A program made the position numbers and the translations under genes. Shown piece after piece: positions 38,131 to 50,687 of a DNA stretch of 64,000 bases. The stretch's first letter is position 1. Every line of letters begins with the position of its first letter. Where the stretch lies: NCBI GenBank assembly GCA_002269645.1, contig NIVC01002461.1:108074-172073 (forward strand), written 5' to 3'. Origin of the DNA: Macrostomum lignano (lineage: Eukaryota). Below the pieces are notes generated by a model. The model was not told where the DNA came from, made no database searches, and saw only the letters and a program-made list of their open reading frames with translations.

Positions 38131-39120
38131 TACCCACAGACCTCGGGTGAAACTTGAAAGTATCAACAATCTGCACTTGATGGAATTCGCCACTTTCTAG
38201 TCTAGAGCGGTTTTTGTGTTTTTTGCTCGGTATTTCCTCCCATTGACTATAAGTGTGCCTTGAAGTTGAGCGCGCACTTAAAGCACTAATAAACTAGTAG
38301 ACGTTCGAAATTCGAATAAGAAATTAAAGTAAATTAATAATAGTACTTGTACTCTATTTGATACGTGTAACTGCCTTGTCATTAATATCTTCTGACAATG
38401 AAGCTGATTCTCATTGTTCCCAGATTCGAATCCCTCTCGTTCCCTTATAGATAGCTCTTTAGTTTTAAAATTGGTCTTTCTTTTCGTCTTTCAAAAAGTG
38501 TCAGTAACATTTAATTACCAATTTAACAAATATGACTCAGCCAGATTCATGATGAAGCAAGGTGAGAACAAAAAAATTTAAAGTAAGCAATGTATTTATA
38601 ATCATATTCTCGTTGATTATTATTGCCATAATCAATTTTGTATATAATACCTGCTTTTAGCCAACATGTATAAAATAATTATCCAGTATTTTAGTGCCTC
38701 AAATAGAGGAAGCAAGTAAGCCAGAATTTCTACTCGTAATTGCTCTGTCGCCTATTGTTTTCCGTCTTTCCTTTCATAATTTGTTAATCTTCCTCTTAAT
38801 CATTAATCCTTATAGATTACTTGTCCTGAGGTGTGCTTATTGTTTGTTACTAAACAGGTAAAAATACTGTTTTAATAAATCAATGTAAATTAAATAATCA
38901 GGTATATCGCGCTATTGATGTTACCTACTTATTTATTATCCATCGGCAGGTGTTTTTGACTTTTTTCTTCTCCACTAAACTTAACAGAATCAAGATTAGC
39001 CCACGTAAACTGGGCGTTATGGCTGGACTATGTACATTATATTTTGTGACGCTTTAAGAAAGACGATCAAGCTGTTGATAGGTTAGCTAAGTACATTGGT
39101 TTATTGGCTAGCCTATGTAT

Positions 39121-39335
39121 ATTGATCAATGCGTAGAATCGGGAGAGGGTCTAGCTATAAATAGCCAATGTGGATTGTTCCCCTGCCTAGTCTATGTACA
39201 TTGATTAGGACGTAGAATCGGGAAAGAGGGTCAATCTATAAATAGCCAATGTACACTGTTCCCTTGCCTAGTCTACCTACATTGATTGAAGCGTAGAATC
39301 GGAGGGGCCAAGCTATAAATAGCCTATGTACATTT
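39121..39335 (+). promoter_or_regulatory. ~80-bp tandem triplication upstream of DDX42, each unit containing TATAAATA
   Basis: TATAAATA at 39156, 39237 and 39314 within repeated CGTAGAATCGG...TATAAATAGCC(A/T)ATGT units. Regulatory role is inferred. Confidence 0.5.
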
Positions 39336-39482
39336 ATCTCCTGGCTAACCTCACTTATCAGATGTGAAAGCATGATGCCAATATCCATTTTTCAACCAAA
39401 ACCCTGCTTTCCAGCTGTATCGCCTAACAAATCGAGTTTCTATCTCTCTCCTTAATTAGTCAAAGTCACCCAAGCGCAATTA

Positions 39483-42400
39483 ATGCAACCGTTTCGTTCC
39501 GGCGGCGGCAGTTCCGGCGGTTCCTTTGATCCGCCGCCAAGGAAGAAATTTTCAGCCTATAATAATCCACTGGCCGAAGAGCCTGACACAGCCTACGGCG
39601 AGAGCTATTACAGTCGCTATGGCAACTCCAGCAGGAACGCTACTACGGCGCCTGTTGCGGTTGTTGACTATCGTAAAACACCGGGCGTTGCTCCGCCAGC
39701 GGCCGCTTCCTCGGGTCCGTCTGCCGCCTCGGCACCCTACGCGGGCATTGGCAGGAAACGAGTTCAAGACGAAGACGATTATTTCTATGGAGACGAGGAT
39801 GACAATGAAATGGAAGGAAATGGCGATGCTGGACGAGCACACGACAATGATGACGAAGAGGATCCTCTAGAAGCTTTCATGGCGGGAGTTACAGCCGAGG
39901 CTAAGCGAGATCTCGATCGAATTGCACCAAGCTTGCAGCAAAAGCAGCAGAGCCAGCAACAGCAGCTGCAACAGCAACAACAACAACAGAAAGGCTTGCG
40001 CGAAGATCTCGAACGAGAAGACGAGATGGAAGCTTATTTAAAATTTATGCAAGAAAATCCTAACGTCGGGGTACAAGGAGACGACGAGGAAATCTACGAA
40101 TACGACAATGAGGGCAATATTGTGGAGCGAGCCGGGCACAAAGAAATTGATCCGCTGCCACCTGTTGATCACAGTCAGGTGCGAGCACTGTCAAAATTTA
40201 GCGTTTTCTTTGCGATTTAAAACGCTCATAGGGGACCAAGCCTTAGGGGTCCTGTGCTCCTATCCCATGGGGGTCATGTGCTCCTATCCCATGGGTCATG
40301 TGCTCCTATCCCATGGGGGGTTATGTGCTCCTATCCCATGGGGGTCATGTGCTCCAATCCAATTGGGTTTGTGCTTCTATAGGGGTCATGTACTCCTATC
40401 CCATGGGGGGTTATGTGCTCCTATCCCATGGGGGGTTATGTGCTCCTATCCCATGGGGGGTTATGTGCTCCTATAGGGGTCATGTGCTCCTATCCCGTGG
40501 GGTCATGTGCTCCTATCCTATAGGGGTCATGTGCTCCTATCCCGTGGGGGTCGTGCTTCTATCCTATAGGGGTCATGTACTCCTATCCCATGGGGTCATG
40601 TGCTCCTATCCCATGAGGGTCATGTGCTCCTATCCTATAAGGGTCATGCGCTCCTATCCTATAAGGGTCATGCGCTCCTATCCTATAAGGGTCATGCGCT
40701 CCTATCCCATAGGGTTCATGTCCTCCTATCCCATGGGGGTCATGTCCTCCTATCCCATGGGGGTCATGTCCTCCTATCCCATGGGGGTCATGTCCTCCTA
40801 TCCCGTGGGGGTCATGTGCTCCTATCCTATAAGGGTCATGCGCTCCTATCCCGTGGGGGTTCATGTCCTCCTATCCCATGGGGGTCATGTCCTCCTATCC
40901 CATGGGGGTCGTGCTCCTATCCCATGAGGGTCATGTCCTATCCCGTGGGGTTCATGTCGTGTGCTCCTAACTCACGGCCGAGACTCCAACTGCAAACTGC
41001 AGGTGCAGTACGCTCCGTTTGAGCGCAACTTCTACACGCCGCATCCGGAGGTGGCCGCGATGAAGCCAGAGCAAGCGATGGAGCTCCGGCGGAAGCTGGG
41101 CATCCGGGTGCAGGGTGTTGAGGCGCCCTATCCTATCTGCTCGTTTGCTCATCTGGGACTGGACGATCAGCTGATGGACTCAATTTCGAGAGCTGGCTTT
41201 ACCCAGCCAACTCCCATTCAAGCTCAGGTTCGAATTTCCACTGCTATTGCTGTCGCTGTACCGTATGTTTTTAGGTGAAGCTGATGTAAAGCTGAGACCA
41301 TCGCACAAAGATGAAAGGCACAAACTAACCAGACAGGCAGGCACACTCCAGACACTAGGATAGACAGGCAGACACACACTCCAGACACTAGGATAGACAG
41401 GCAGACACACACTCCAGACACTAGGATAGACAGGCAGACACACTCCAGACACTAGGATAGACAAGCAGACACACTCCAGACACTAGGATAGACAAGCAGA
41501 CAGGCAGACACACTTCAGACACTAGGATAGACAGGCAGACACACTCCAGACACTAGGATAGACAGGCAGACACACTCCAGACACTAGGATAGACAGGCAG
41601 ACACACTCCAGACACTAGGATAGACAGGCAGACACAAATTTCATGTCTTTTACTGTCGCCCCGCTCCCCTCAAGGCCTGTCCGGCCGCCCTGTCCGGCCG
41701 AGACGTGATCGGCATCGCCAAGACCGGCAGCGGCAAGACCGTCACGTTTGTCTGGCCGCTCGTCATGCACGTGCTGGACCAGTCGCCTTTGGCACCCGGC
41801 GACGGCCCAATCGGCCTGATCTGCGCTCCAACTCGCGAGTTGGCTCTGCAAATCTATGCCGAAGCTCGAAAATTCGGCAAACCCTACGGCGTTACTGTCG
41901 TGTGCGCCTACGGCGGCGGCAGCATGTGGGAACAGCAGAAAGCCTGCGAGGCCGGCTGCGAGATTCTCGTCTGCACGCCCGGCCGGCTTATTGATTTAGT
42001 GAAAAAGAAGGCTACTAATTTGCGTCGGGTCACTTATCTGGTGTTCGACGAGGCTGACAAAATGTTTCAGCTAGGATTCGAGGCGCAGGTGAGTGGCTGT
42101 TGAGAAATTAAAATTTGTGCCGATATGTATCGAAAACAAACTCTTTCAAATTGCCAATAGGTATCGAATACAAACCCTATCAAATTGCCGATATGTATCG
42201 ATAATCAACTCTGTGAATTTGCCGATATCTATCGATAATGAACTTAGTCAATTAGCCGATATGTATCGATAATGAACTTGGTGAATTCGCCGATATGTAT
42301 CGATAATAAATTTGGTGAATTCGCCGATATTTATCGATAATGAACTTGGTGAATTCGCCGATATGTATCGATAATAAATTTGGTGAATTCGCTGATATGT

Positions 42401-45400
42401 ATCGATAAATAACTTGGTGAATTCGCCGATATGTATCGATAATAAATTTTGTGAATTCGCTGATATGTATCGATAAATAACTTGGTGAATTCGCCGATAT
42501 GTATCGATAATAAATTTGGTGAATTCGCTGATATGTATCGATAAATAACTTGGTGAATTCGCCGATATGTATCGATAATAAATTTGGTGAATTCGCCGAT
42601 ATTTATCGATAATGAACTTGGTGAATTCGCCGATATGTATCGATAATAAATTTTGTGAATTCGCTGATATGTATCGATAAATAACTTGGTGAATTCGCCG
42701 ATATGTATCGATAATAAATTTGGTGAATTCGCCGATATGTATCGATAATAAATTTTGTGAATTCGCTGATATGTATCGATAAATAACTTGGTGAATTCGC
42801 CGATATTTATCGATAAATAACTTGGTGAATTCGCCGATATGTATCGATAATAAATTTGGTGAATTCGCTGATATGTATCGATAAATAACTTGGTGAATTC
42901 GCTGATATGTATCGATAAATAACTTGGTGAATTCGCCGATATGTATCGATAATAAATTTTGTGAATTCGCTGATATGTATCGATAAATAACTTGGTGAAT
43001 TCGCCGATATGTATCGATAAATAACTTGGTGAATTCGCCGATATGTATCGATAATAAATTTGGTGAATTCGCTGATATGTATCGATAAATAACTTGGTGA
43101 ATTCGCCGATATGTATCGATAATAAATTTGGTGAATTCGCCGATATGTATCGATAATAAATTTGGTGAATTCGCTGATATGTATCGATAAATAACTTGGT
43201 GAATTCGCCGATATGTATCGATAATAAATTTGGTGAATTCGCTGATATGTATCGATAAATAACTTGGTGAATTCGCCGATATGTATCGATAATAAATTTG
43301 GTGAATTCGCCGATATGTATCGATAATAAATTTGGTGAATTCGCTGATATGTATCGATAAATAACTTGGTGAATTCGCCGATATGTATCGATAAAAAATT
43401 TGGTGAATTCGCCGATATGTATCGATAATAAATTTGGTGAATTCGCCGATATGTATCGATAAATAACTTGGTGAATTCGCCGATATGTATCGATAATAAA
43501 TTTGGTGAATTCGCTGATATGTATCGATAAATAACTTGGTGAATTCGCCGATATGTATCGATAATAAATTTGGTGAATTCGCCGATATGTATCGATAATA
43601 AATTTGGTGAATTCGCCGATATGTATCGATAAATAACTTGGTGAATTCGCTGATATGTATCGATAAATAACTTGGTGAATTCGCTGATATGTATCGATAA
43701 ATAACTTGGTGAATTCGCCGATATGTATCGATAAATAACTTGGTGAATTCGCCGATATGTATCGATAATAAATTTGGTGAATTCGCTGATATTTATCGAT
43801 AATGAACTTGGTGAATTCGCCGATATGTATCGATAATAAATTTTGTGAATTCGCTGATATGTATCGATAAATAACTTGGTGAATTCGCCGATATGTATCG
43901 ATAATAAATTTGGTGAATTCGCTGATATGTATCGATAAATAACTTGGTGAATTCGCCGATATGTATCGATAATAAATTTGGTGAATTCGCCGATATGTAT
44001 CGATAAATAACTTGGTGAATTCGCCGATATGTATCGATAATAAATTTTGTGAATTCGCTGATATGTATCGATAAATAACTTGGTGAATTCGCCGATATGT
44101 ATCGATAATAAATTTGGTGAATTCGCCGATATGTATCGATAAATAACTTGGTGAATTCGCCGATATGTATCGATAAATAACTTGGTGAATTCGCCGATAT
44201 GTATCGATAAATAACTTGGTGAATTCGCTGATATGTATCGATAATAAATTTGGTGAATTCGCCGATATGTATCGATAAATAACTTGGGGAATTTTCCGAT
44301 ATGTATCGATAATAAACTTTGCGTTCCCATTTTGTACATCGTGGCAGGTGCGCAGCATAGCCAATCACGTGCGCCCGGACCGGCAGACTCTATTATTCTC
44401 GGCTACTTTTAAACGCCGAGTTGAGCGACTAGTTCGCGACATTCTCACTGATCCAATTCGAATCTGTCAGGGCGAACTAGGCGAAGCCAATCAGGATGTT
44501 CGTCAATTTGTTGAAATATTTCGCCAGCCAGAAGACAAATGGATCTGGATGCAGCGGCACCTGGTAAAAATTGTGAACTTTGCACGTGCCATATTTAGTC
44601 ACTTCCTCTTCCTAGCTGACACCCATTCATTTCTGGCGGATTTCTGTTTGACTCCTATATCAACATTAGTTTTCTGGTCCATCTATCCTCACACATCTCC
44701 CAATCCTGACACCCATCTAATCCTGACACCCATCTTCCAATCCTGACACCCATCTTCCAATCCTGACACCCATCTTCCAATCCTGACACCCATCTTCCAA
44801 TCCTGACACCCATCTCCCAATCCTGACACCCATCTTCCAATCCTGACACCCATCTCCCAATCCTGACACCCATCTCCCAATCCTGACACCCATCTAATCC
44901 TGACACCCATCTTCCAATCTGACACCCATCTCCCAATCCTGACACCTATCTCCCAATCTGACACCCATCTTCCAATCTGACACCCATCTCCCAATCCTGA
45001 CACCTATCTCCCAATCTGACACCCATCTTCCAATCCTGACACCCATCTGTCTCACTGGCCCACTCCTGCCCCCAGGCCGGGTTCTGCAGCCAAGGCCAGA
45101 CTCTGGTGTTCGTCACTCGCAAAGCCAACAGCGAAGACGTTGCTAAGCGAATCTCTGGCGCGGGATTTTCCTGCCGGCTGCTGCACGGCGACATGCATCA
45201 GAGCGAGCGAAACGACACCATTGCGGCTTATAAGCGAGGCGAATTCCAGGTGCTGGTTGCTACGGATGTTGCTAGCCGTGGCCTGGATATTCCCGCAATT
45301 CGAACCGTGATTAACTACGAATCCGCTAGAGATATCGACACCCACACGCATCGGGTGGGCAGGACCGGCCGGGCCGGCCACAAGGGCATGGCTTACACCC

Positions 45401-46563
45401 TGCTGCTGGACAAAGAGAAGGACTTTGCCGGTCATCTGGTGCGGAATCTCGAGGGCGTTGGACAGGAGGTTTGATGAATTTTTTGTGCTTATAAAAATTT
45501 GGGAGCTGTTTTGGTGGATTTTAAGTTTTGTGTGTTTATGGAGATTTGGGTGATTCTGTGTTTATGGGGATTTGGGGGATTGTGTGTTTGTGGGGATTTA
45601 GGGGATTGTGTGTTTATGGTATTTTAGGGATTGTGTGTTTATGGGATTTAGGGGATTGTGTGTTTACGGGATTTTAGGGATTGTGTGTTTACGGGATTTT
45701 AGGGATTATGTGTTTACGGGATTTTAGGGATTGTGTGTTTATGGGATTTTAGGGATTATGTGTTTACGGGATTTTAGGGATTGTGTGTTTATGGGATTTT
45801 AGGGATTGTGTGTTTATGGGGATTTTAGGGATTGTGTGTTTATGGGATTTTAGGGATTGTGTGTTTATGGGGATTTTAGGGATTGTGTGTTTATGGAGAT
45901 TTGGGGGATTCTGTGTTTGTGGGGATTTTAGGGATTGTGTGTTTACAGGATTTTAGGGATTGTGTGTTTACGGGATTTTAGGGATTGTGTGTTTATGGGA
46001 TTTTAGGGATTGTGCGTTTATGGGATTTTAGGGATTGTGTGTTTATAAGGCTGTACAAACTAGTTTGGCATGTGTAAAATGCACTCACTAATCTGGCCTC
46101 CTCTCTGCAAACTTGGCCGCAGGCTCCACCCCGCCTCCTGGCTTTGGCCAACGAGTGCGCCTGGTTTAAAAACTCCCGATTCAAATCTGGCGGCCAGGGC
46201 AAGCGGGTGTCGGCTTCAGGTCGGACCCGAGAGCGGCCAGGCCTGGGTCTTGGCGGCGGCGGCGGTGGTGGTGGCAGCGGCGGCGGTGGTGGTGGCAGCG
46301 GCGGTGGCAGCGGCCAGGAGCAGCAGCTCAGCTTCACCCGGCCATCATCCAGCGGGCCTCAGACTGACCGGGTCTCCGCCACTAAACAGGCGTTCATGTC
46401 CCAGTATAAGAAAATGTTTGTCTCGGCTGGGCCCGACTCGGGCAGTGGCACATCGACCTTGCCTAGCCAGCAGCAGCAGAGACCTCCGCAAATGCCGCCT
46501 CCGCCGCCGCAATCGGCACCTTCATCAAGCAATGAGCGCAGGAAGCGATCTAGATGGGACTAA
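39483..46563 (+). CDS. DDX42: DEAD-box RNA helicase DDX42 (SF3b125)-like, ~794 aa, 6 exons
   Basis: join(39483..40178,41003..41227,41675..42088,44348..44563,45076..45468,46123..46563), all phase 0, GT-AG. EDPLEAFM, EIYEYDNEGN, DPLPPVDHS, Q motif (FTQPTPIQAQ), AKTGSGKT, PTRELA, TPGRL, DEAD, SAT, LLHGDM, ATDVASRGLD, HRVGRTGRAG, AWFKNSRFK, C-terminal RKRSRWD. Confidence 0.95.
40245..40960. repeat. 24-bp tandem minisatellite (CATGTGCTCCTATCCCATGGGGGT), DDX42 intron 1
   Basis: Direct periodicity; internal palindromes CCCATGGG / CCTATAGG. Confidence 0.92.
41330..41637. repeat. 31-33-bp tandem minisatellite (CAGACACTAGGATAGACAGGCAGACACACTC), DDX42 intron 2
   Basis: Direct periodicity. Confidence 0.92.
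42115..44318. repeat. 34-bp tandem minisatellite (GTGAATTCGCCGATATGTATCGATAAATAACTTG), ~64 copies, DDX42 intron 3
   Basis: 34-bp period; explains the 34-aa periodic minus-strand ORFs. Confidence 0.97.
44695..45048. repeat. 21-bp tandem minisatellite (TCCCAATCCTGACACCCATCT), DDX42 intron 4
   Basis: Direct periodicity. Confidence 0.93.
45535..46047. repeat. 25-bp tandem minisatellite (GGGATTTTAGGGATTGTGTGTTTAT), DDX42 intron 5
   Basis: Direct periodicity. Confidence 0.93.
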
Positions 46564-46779
46564 ACAAAGTTTCAAATAATAATAACAAAATTGTACAGAC
46601 TCGATATTGGCGGCTCTTTAATCCGCTCTTTTGTGTGTACGTTAAATTTCGTCTACATTAAATATATATAAATTGTCAAACAAATTGTATTTCTACGTAT
46701 GTTATAAGAAGCGAATCGTGCTTAAAATTGTGAACTGCTGTCAAAAAAATTTTCTGTGTTCTTCGATTTTTATCAAAAT

Positions 46780-48580
46780 AACGCAGTTGTGGCGCTAGAT
46801 ATGACGCAGTTGTGGCGCTAAAAATGACGCAGTTGAGGCGCTAGATATGACGCAATTGTGGCGCTAGATATGACGCAGTTGTGGCACTAAAAATGACGCA
46901 GTTGTGGCGCTAGATATGACGCAATTGTGGCGCTAGGTATGACGCAGTTAAGGCGCTAGATATGACGCAATTGTGGCGCTAGATATGACGCAGTTGTTGC
47001 ACTAAAAATGACGCAGTTGAGGCGCTAGATATGACGCAATTGTGGCGCTAGATATGACGCAGTTGAGGCACTAAAAATGACGCAGTTGTGGAGCTAGATG
47101 TGACGCAATTGTGGCGCTAAAATGGCTCAGTTATGGCGCAGTTGTGACGCTAAAATGGCTCAGTTGTGGCGCTAAAATTGCTCAGTTATGGCGCAGTTGT
47201 GGCGCCCGAAACAGCGGAGTTGTGGCACTATATAAAGGGCGCGATTGTGGCGCTAAAATGGAACAGTTGTGGCCAGTGGCTGTAGTGTGGCGCGAATACG
47301 CGAAATTTTCGACCATGGCGCGAAAAATTGAAGCAGCAGTAGGCGCGAAAAAATAACTTATTTTTCAAGCGTTCAAGAATATTTTTTGCTTTTTTTACAC
47401 AGAAAAGAGGGGTTTCTATTGGTTCCGAGCTTCTGTCGATTGCCAACAACAATAAGTCTGATGACTCGTCACCAAATTCAATATCAATTCGCGCTCCATG
47501 TGCCCAAATAAGAGTAGGCTAAATAAAGGAGCATTAGTTTGCACTGCAGGGATAATTGGGAGTGGACCATCTAGTGTTTTAGTATCTGTGAACTAGACTT
47601 ACAAGTTACACTAGATAGTGATAGGGATAACATCTTTTTGATAAAAATATATCAGTGAGTGCGTGATCATTAAAAAGGAGCAGACTTTATTGCCTACGGT
47701 ACGGTGTGGAATTTAGCCAAAGAATGATAAGAATTTTCCATATTTTTGTTAAGTATAATGCTTTTTCCTCAAGAATCACTCCGGTGTGTTTTTTGGACTT
47801 TATTAACGCGTATACTAATAGCGCACATTTTTTTGTATTGGCGCGAAAATTTCAGGGGGGCTTGCTACGGCCACTGGTTGTGGCACTATAAATGGCACAT
47901 TAGTGGAACTAAAATGGCGCGCAGTTGTGGCGCTAAAAATGGCACTGCTATGGCGCTTAAAATGGCTTGGTTGTGGCGCTGAAACTTGTGCAGTTGTGGC
48001 GCTAAAAATGGCGCAGATGTGGAGCTAGAAATGATGAGATTGTGTCGCTAAAACTGAAGAGACTGACGCTAAAAATAATTAGATTGTGGCGCTAAAACTG
48101 AAGAGACTGACGCTAAAAATAATTAGATTGTGGCGCTAAAACTGAAGAGACTGACGCTAAAAATAATTAGATTGTGGCGCTAAAACTGAAGAGACTGACG
48201 CTAAAAATAATTAGATTGTGGCGCTAAAACTGAAGAGACTGACGCTAAAAATAATTAGATTGTGGCGCTAAAACTGAAGAGACTGACGCTAAAAATAATT
48301 AGATTGTGGCGCTAAAACTGAAGAGACTGACGCTAAAAATAATTAGATTGTGGCGCTAAAATTATGAGATTGTGGCGCTAAAAATGATAAGATTGTGGCA
48401 CTACAAATGATGAGATTGTGGCGCTAAAAAAGATGAGATTGTGGCGCTAAAAAAGATAAGATTGTGGCGCTAAAATGATGAGATTGTGGCGCTAAAAATG
48501 ATGAGATTGTGGCGCTAAAAATGATGAGATTGTGGCGCTAAAAATGATGAGATTGTGGCGCTAAAAATGGTGAGATTGTG
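46780..48580. repeat. Composite TGTGGCGCTA-core satellite: 23-bp units (46780-47350), unique core (~47360-47860), then 44-bp dimer and 22-23-bp units (48040-48580)
   Basis: GCAGTTGTGGCGCTAGATATGAC repeats; ATTGTGGCGCTAAAACTGAAGAGACTGACGCTAAAAATAATTAG ~7 copies. Confidence 0.9.
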
Positions 48581-49217
48581 AGTACTGTAGAAAATCTGCT
48601 CCTGGTTTTACATCTTGTCTAAAGATGATCTACATATACTTTGACCTCATGCAGCTAAAGCAATAGTTGACCAAAATTTTGCCTCTCTCTCGCTCTCTCT
48701 CTATTCTGTTTGTTTCGATCTCGATGCTTTACGAGTGCAAGCGCGCCACAATCGAATGTACATTCAATATTTGTTTTTTCTTCTCGCGTACTGAGGGTTG
48801 TTTTATTGTTTAGCTGCGAGAGAGAAAATGGTAGCGGACGTGCTATTGTGTGGCAATGCGCAAACTTAGGATTGCTTTAGTTGGTGTACTGCAGGCCCAA
48901 TTTAAATATGCCTAAAGCCTACAGCATCTGCATTCGCAGTTGGTGCCAAGCTGCTGTTGCAATTCTGCTCGAGTCGGCAGCTTTGGGTTGGAATTTTGAA
49001 TGGCCTACAAAGGCTACTTCTCAACGTCGTACTGCACTTCAAACGCACCACCGGCTGCGGTAAGGCGAGAGGGATACGTGGATATAAGGCTCGCCCTATG
49101 TAAGGCAGGGGTCGGCAGACTCCGGCCCGCGGGCCACATGCGGCCCGCGAAGCTTCTCTCTGGTTCTCGGGTCCTGTGAAACTTCATAATATAGCACTCC
49201 AGCCTGCTCAGGGTTTG

Positions 49218-49460
49218 TGTCTTCTCAGCTCTCTTATCTCCCCTCTTTCCTCTCTTATCTCCCCTCTTTCCTCTCTTATCTTCCCTCTCTCCTCTCTTAT
49301 CTCCCCTCTCTCCTCTGTTATCTCCCCTCTCTCCTCTCTTATCTTCTCTCTCCTCTCCTTAGGCTATCTTCCCTCTCTAATCTCCCCTCTCTCTCGTCTC
49401 TCCTCTTACTTTCTTGTCTCTTCTCTCATCCCACCTCTCGCCTCTCCACCTCTCCTCTCT
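49218..49460. repeat. 21-bp pyrimidine-rich repeat (CTCTCTCCTCTCTTATCTCCC)
   Basis: Direct periodicity; 7-aa periodic ORF. Confidence 0.85.
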
Positions 49461-49608
49461 TTCGTCTTTCATATTCTATTCTCGCTAATAGAATATGAAT
49501 TCGCTTATACATATATATGGCCTTTAAGGTAAAAATAAGTTTTCACCATCAAAAACTGCAGTTAATCAGGACGCTATTCTTGGTTGTCTTATAAATTATG
49601 CCATCTAG

Positions 49609-50687
49609 ACTGTATGTTTCAAATATACTTGCTTTGGCAACCGGTTGCTAGGGAAAGAGGACGCATTTTCTGTGCCGAGCGGTGGCGCTACAGCTTCTGG
49701 CCCGATCTGCGTATCGGTGAGGGTTCGGAGTTATATAAATCCCAGATCCCAACACTAAAATCCCGGATCCCAACACTAAAAATCCCCGATCCCAACACTA
49801 AAATCCCAGATCCCAACACTTAAAATCCCCGACCCCAAAACGGAAATCCCAGATCCCAACACTAAAATCCCAGATTCCAAATTTTAAAATCCCAGATCCC
49901 AACACTAAAATCCTCGATCCCAAAACTAAAATCCCAGATCCCAACACTAAAATCCCAGATTCCAATCCTAAAATCCCAGATCCCAACACTAAAATCCCAG
50001 ATCCCAACACTAAAATCCCAGACGCTAACACAATTAAAACCCATACAACAACGCAAAAATCCACTCGCCGTCTCAAATCCGTCGCATTTATCCCTACGGC
50101 AGGGAGTTCTCAAAGGTCGCAAGCTCACAGTGACTGACACACCGAGCGCCAGGAGCCTCAACCTAGAGCTGCTCAAGCCGGCTGTATCGTCGAGCAACGA
50201 TGGCGTTAGCGCATTCCTGCTAGTCCTCAGACTGGACAAGCCCTACTCAACTGACGACGAGCTTTCGTTGAAGCATCTTAAAAAACTGTTTGGTGAAAGT
50301 TTCTGGACATTCCTAGTGCTGGTGTTCACCCACGGCGACTGTCTTGGCGGTGATCAGACAAAATTTCAAGACTGGCTGGAACAGCGCAAGAAGGACTCTG
50401 TGCCGTTTGCTCTGCTGATGAAAAAGATGAAAAATAGAAGCGTGTTCATGGTTGACGCCACTAGTAAATCGTCTGTGACGGATGTCGCTTCAGGCATTTT
50501 GTCAACCATTGACGGCATCATTGGGTATTCGCCTAGCGGCAAACGGCAGAGCTACAATCTCTATAAACATGAGGACCTGCTGGACGCGGAGTTGAAACTG
50601 GAACGAGAGAAAAATGCGAGACTAGAAAGAAGCAGAGACAAGGCGATGTTGAAAAAAGATAGCCTGATGCGAAGCCCGCCTTCCTGA
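49609..50687 (+). CDS. AIG1/GIMAP-like GTPase-family protein (exons ~49609..49716 and 50103..50687); P-loop degenerate or unresolved, possibly a pseudogene
   Basis: FGNRLLGKEDAF...CVS|GVLKGRKLTVTDTP...GVSAFLLVLRL...LKKLFGESFW...LVFTHGDCL is an AIG1 pattern; phase-0 GT-AG intron 49717..50102. Confidence 0.7.
49740..50030. repeat. 21-bp tandem minisatellite (CCCAGATCCCAACACTAAAAT) in the GIMAP-like intron
   Basis: Direct periodicity. Confidence 0.92.

Noticed and set aside
42331-44368. 677-aa and 510-aa minus-strand ORFs
   Set aside because: They are translations of a 34-bp intronic array of DDX42.
1-48580. Tandem arrays as CRISPR-like loci
   Set aside because: Units are head-to-tail with no unique spacers, there are no cas genes, and the context is eukaryotic.
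49106-49150. hAT-Charlie-like left end CAGGGGTCGGCAGACTCCGGCCCGCGGGCC
   Set aside because: No matching right TIR was found, so the element cannot be delimited.
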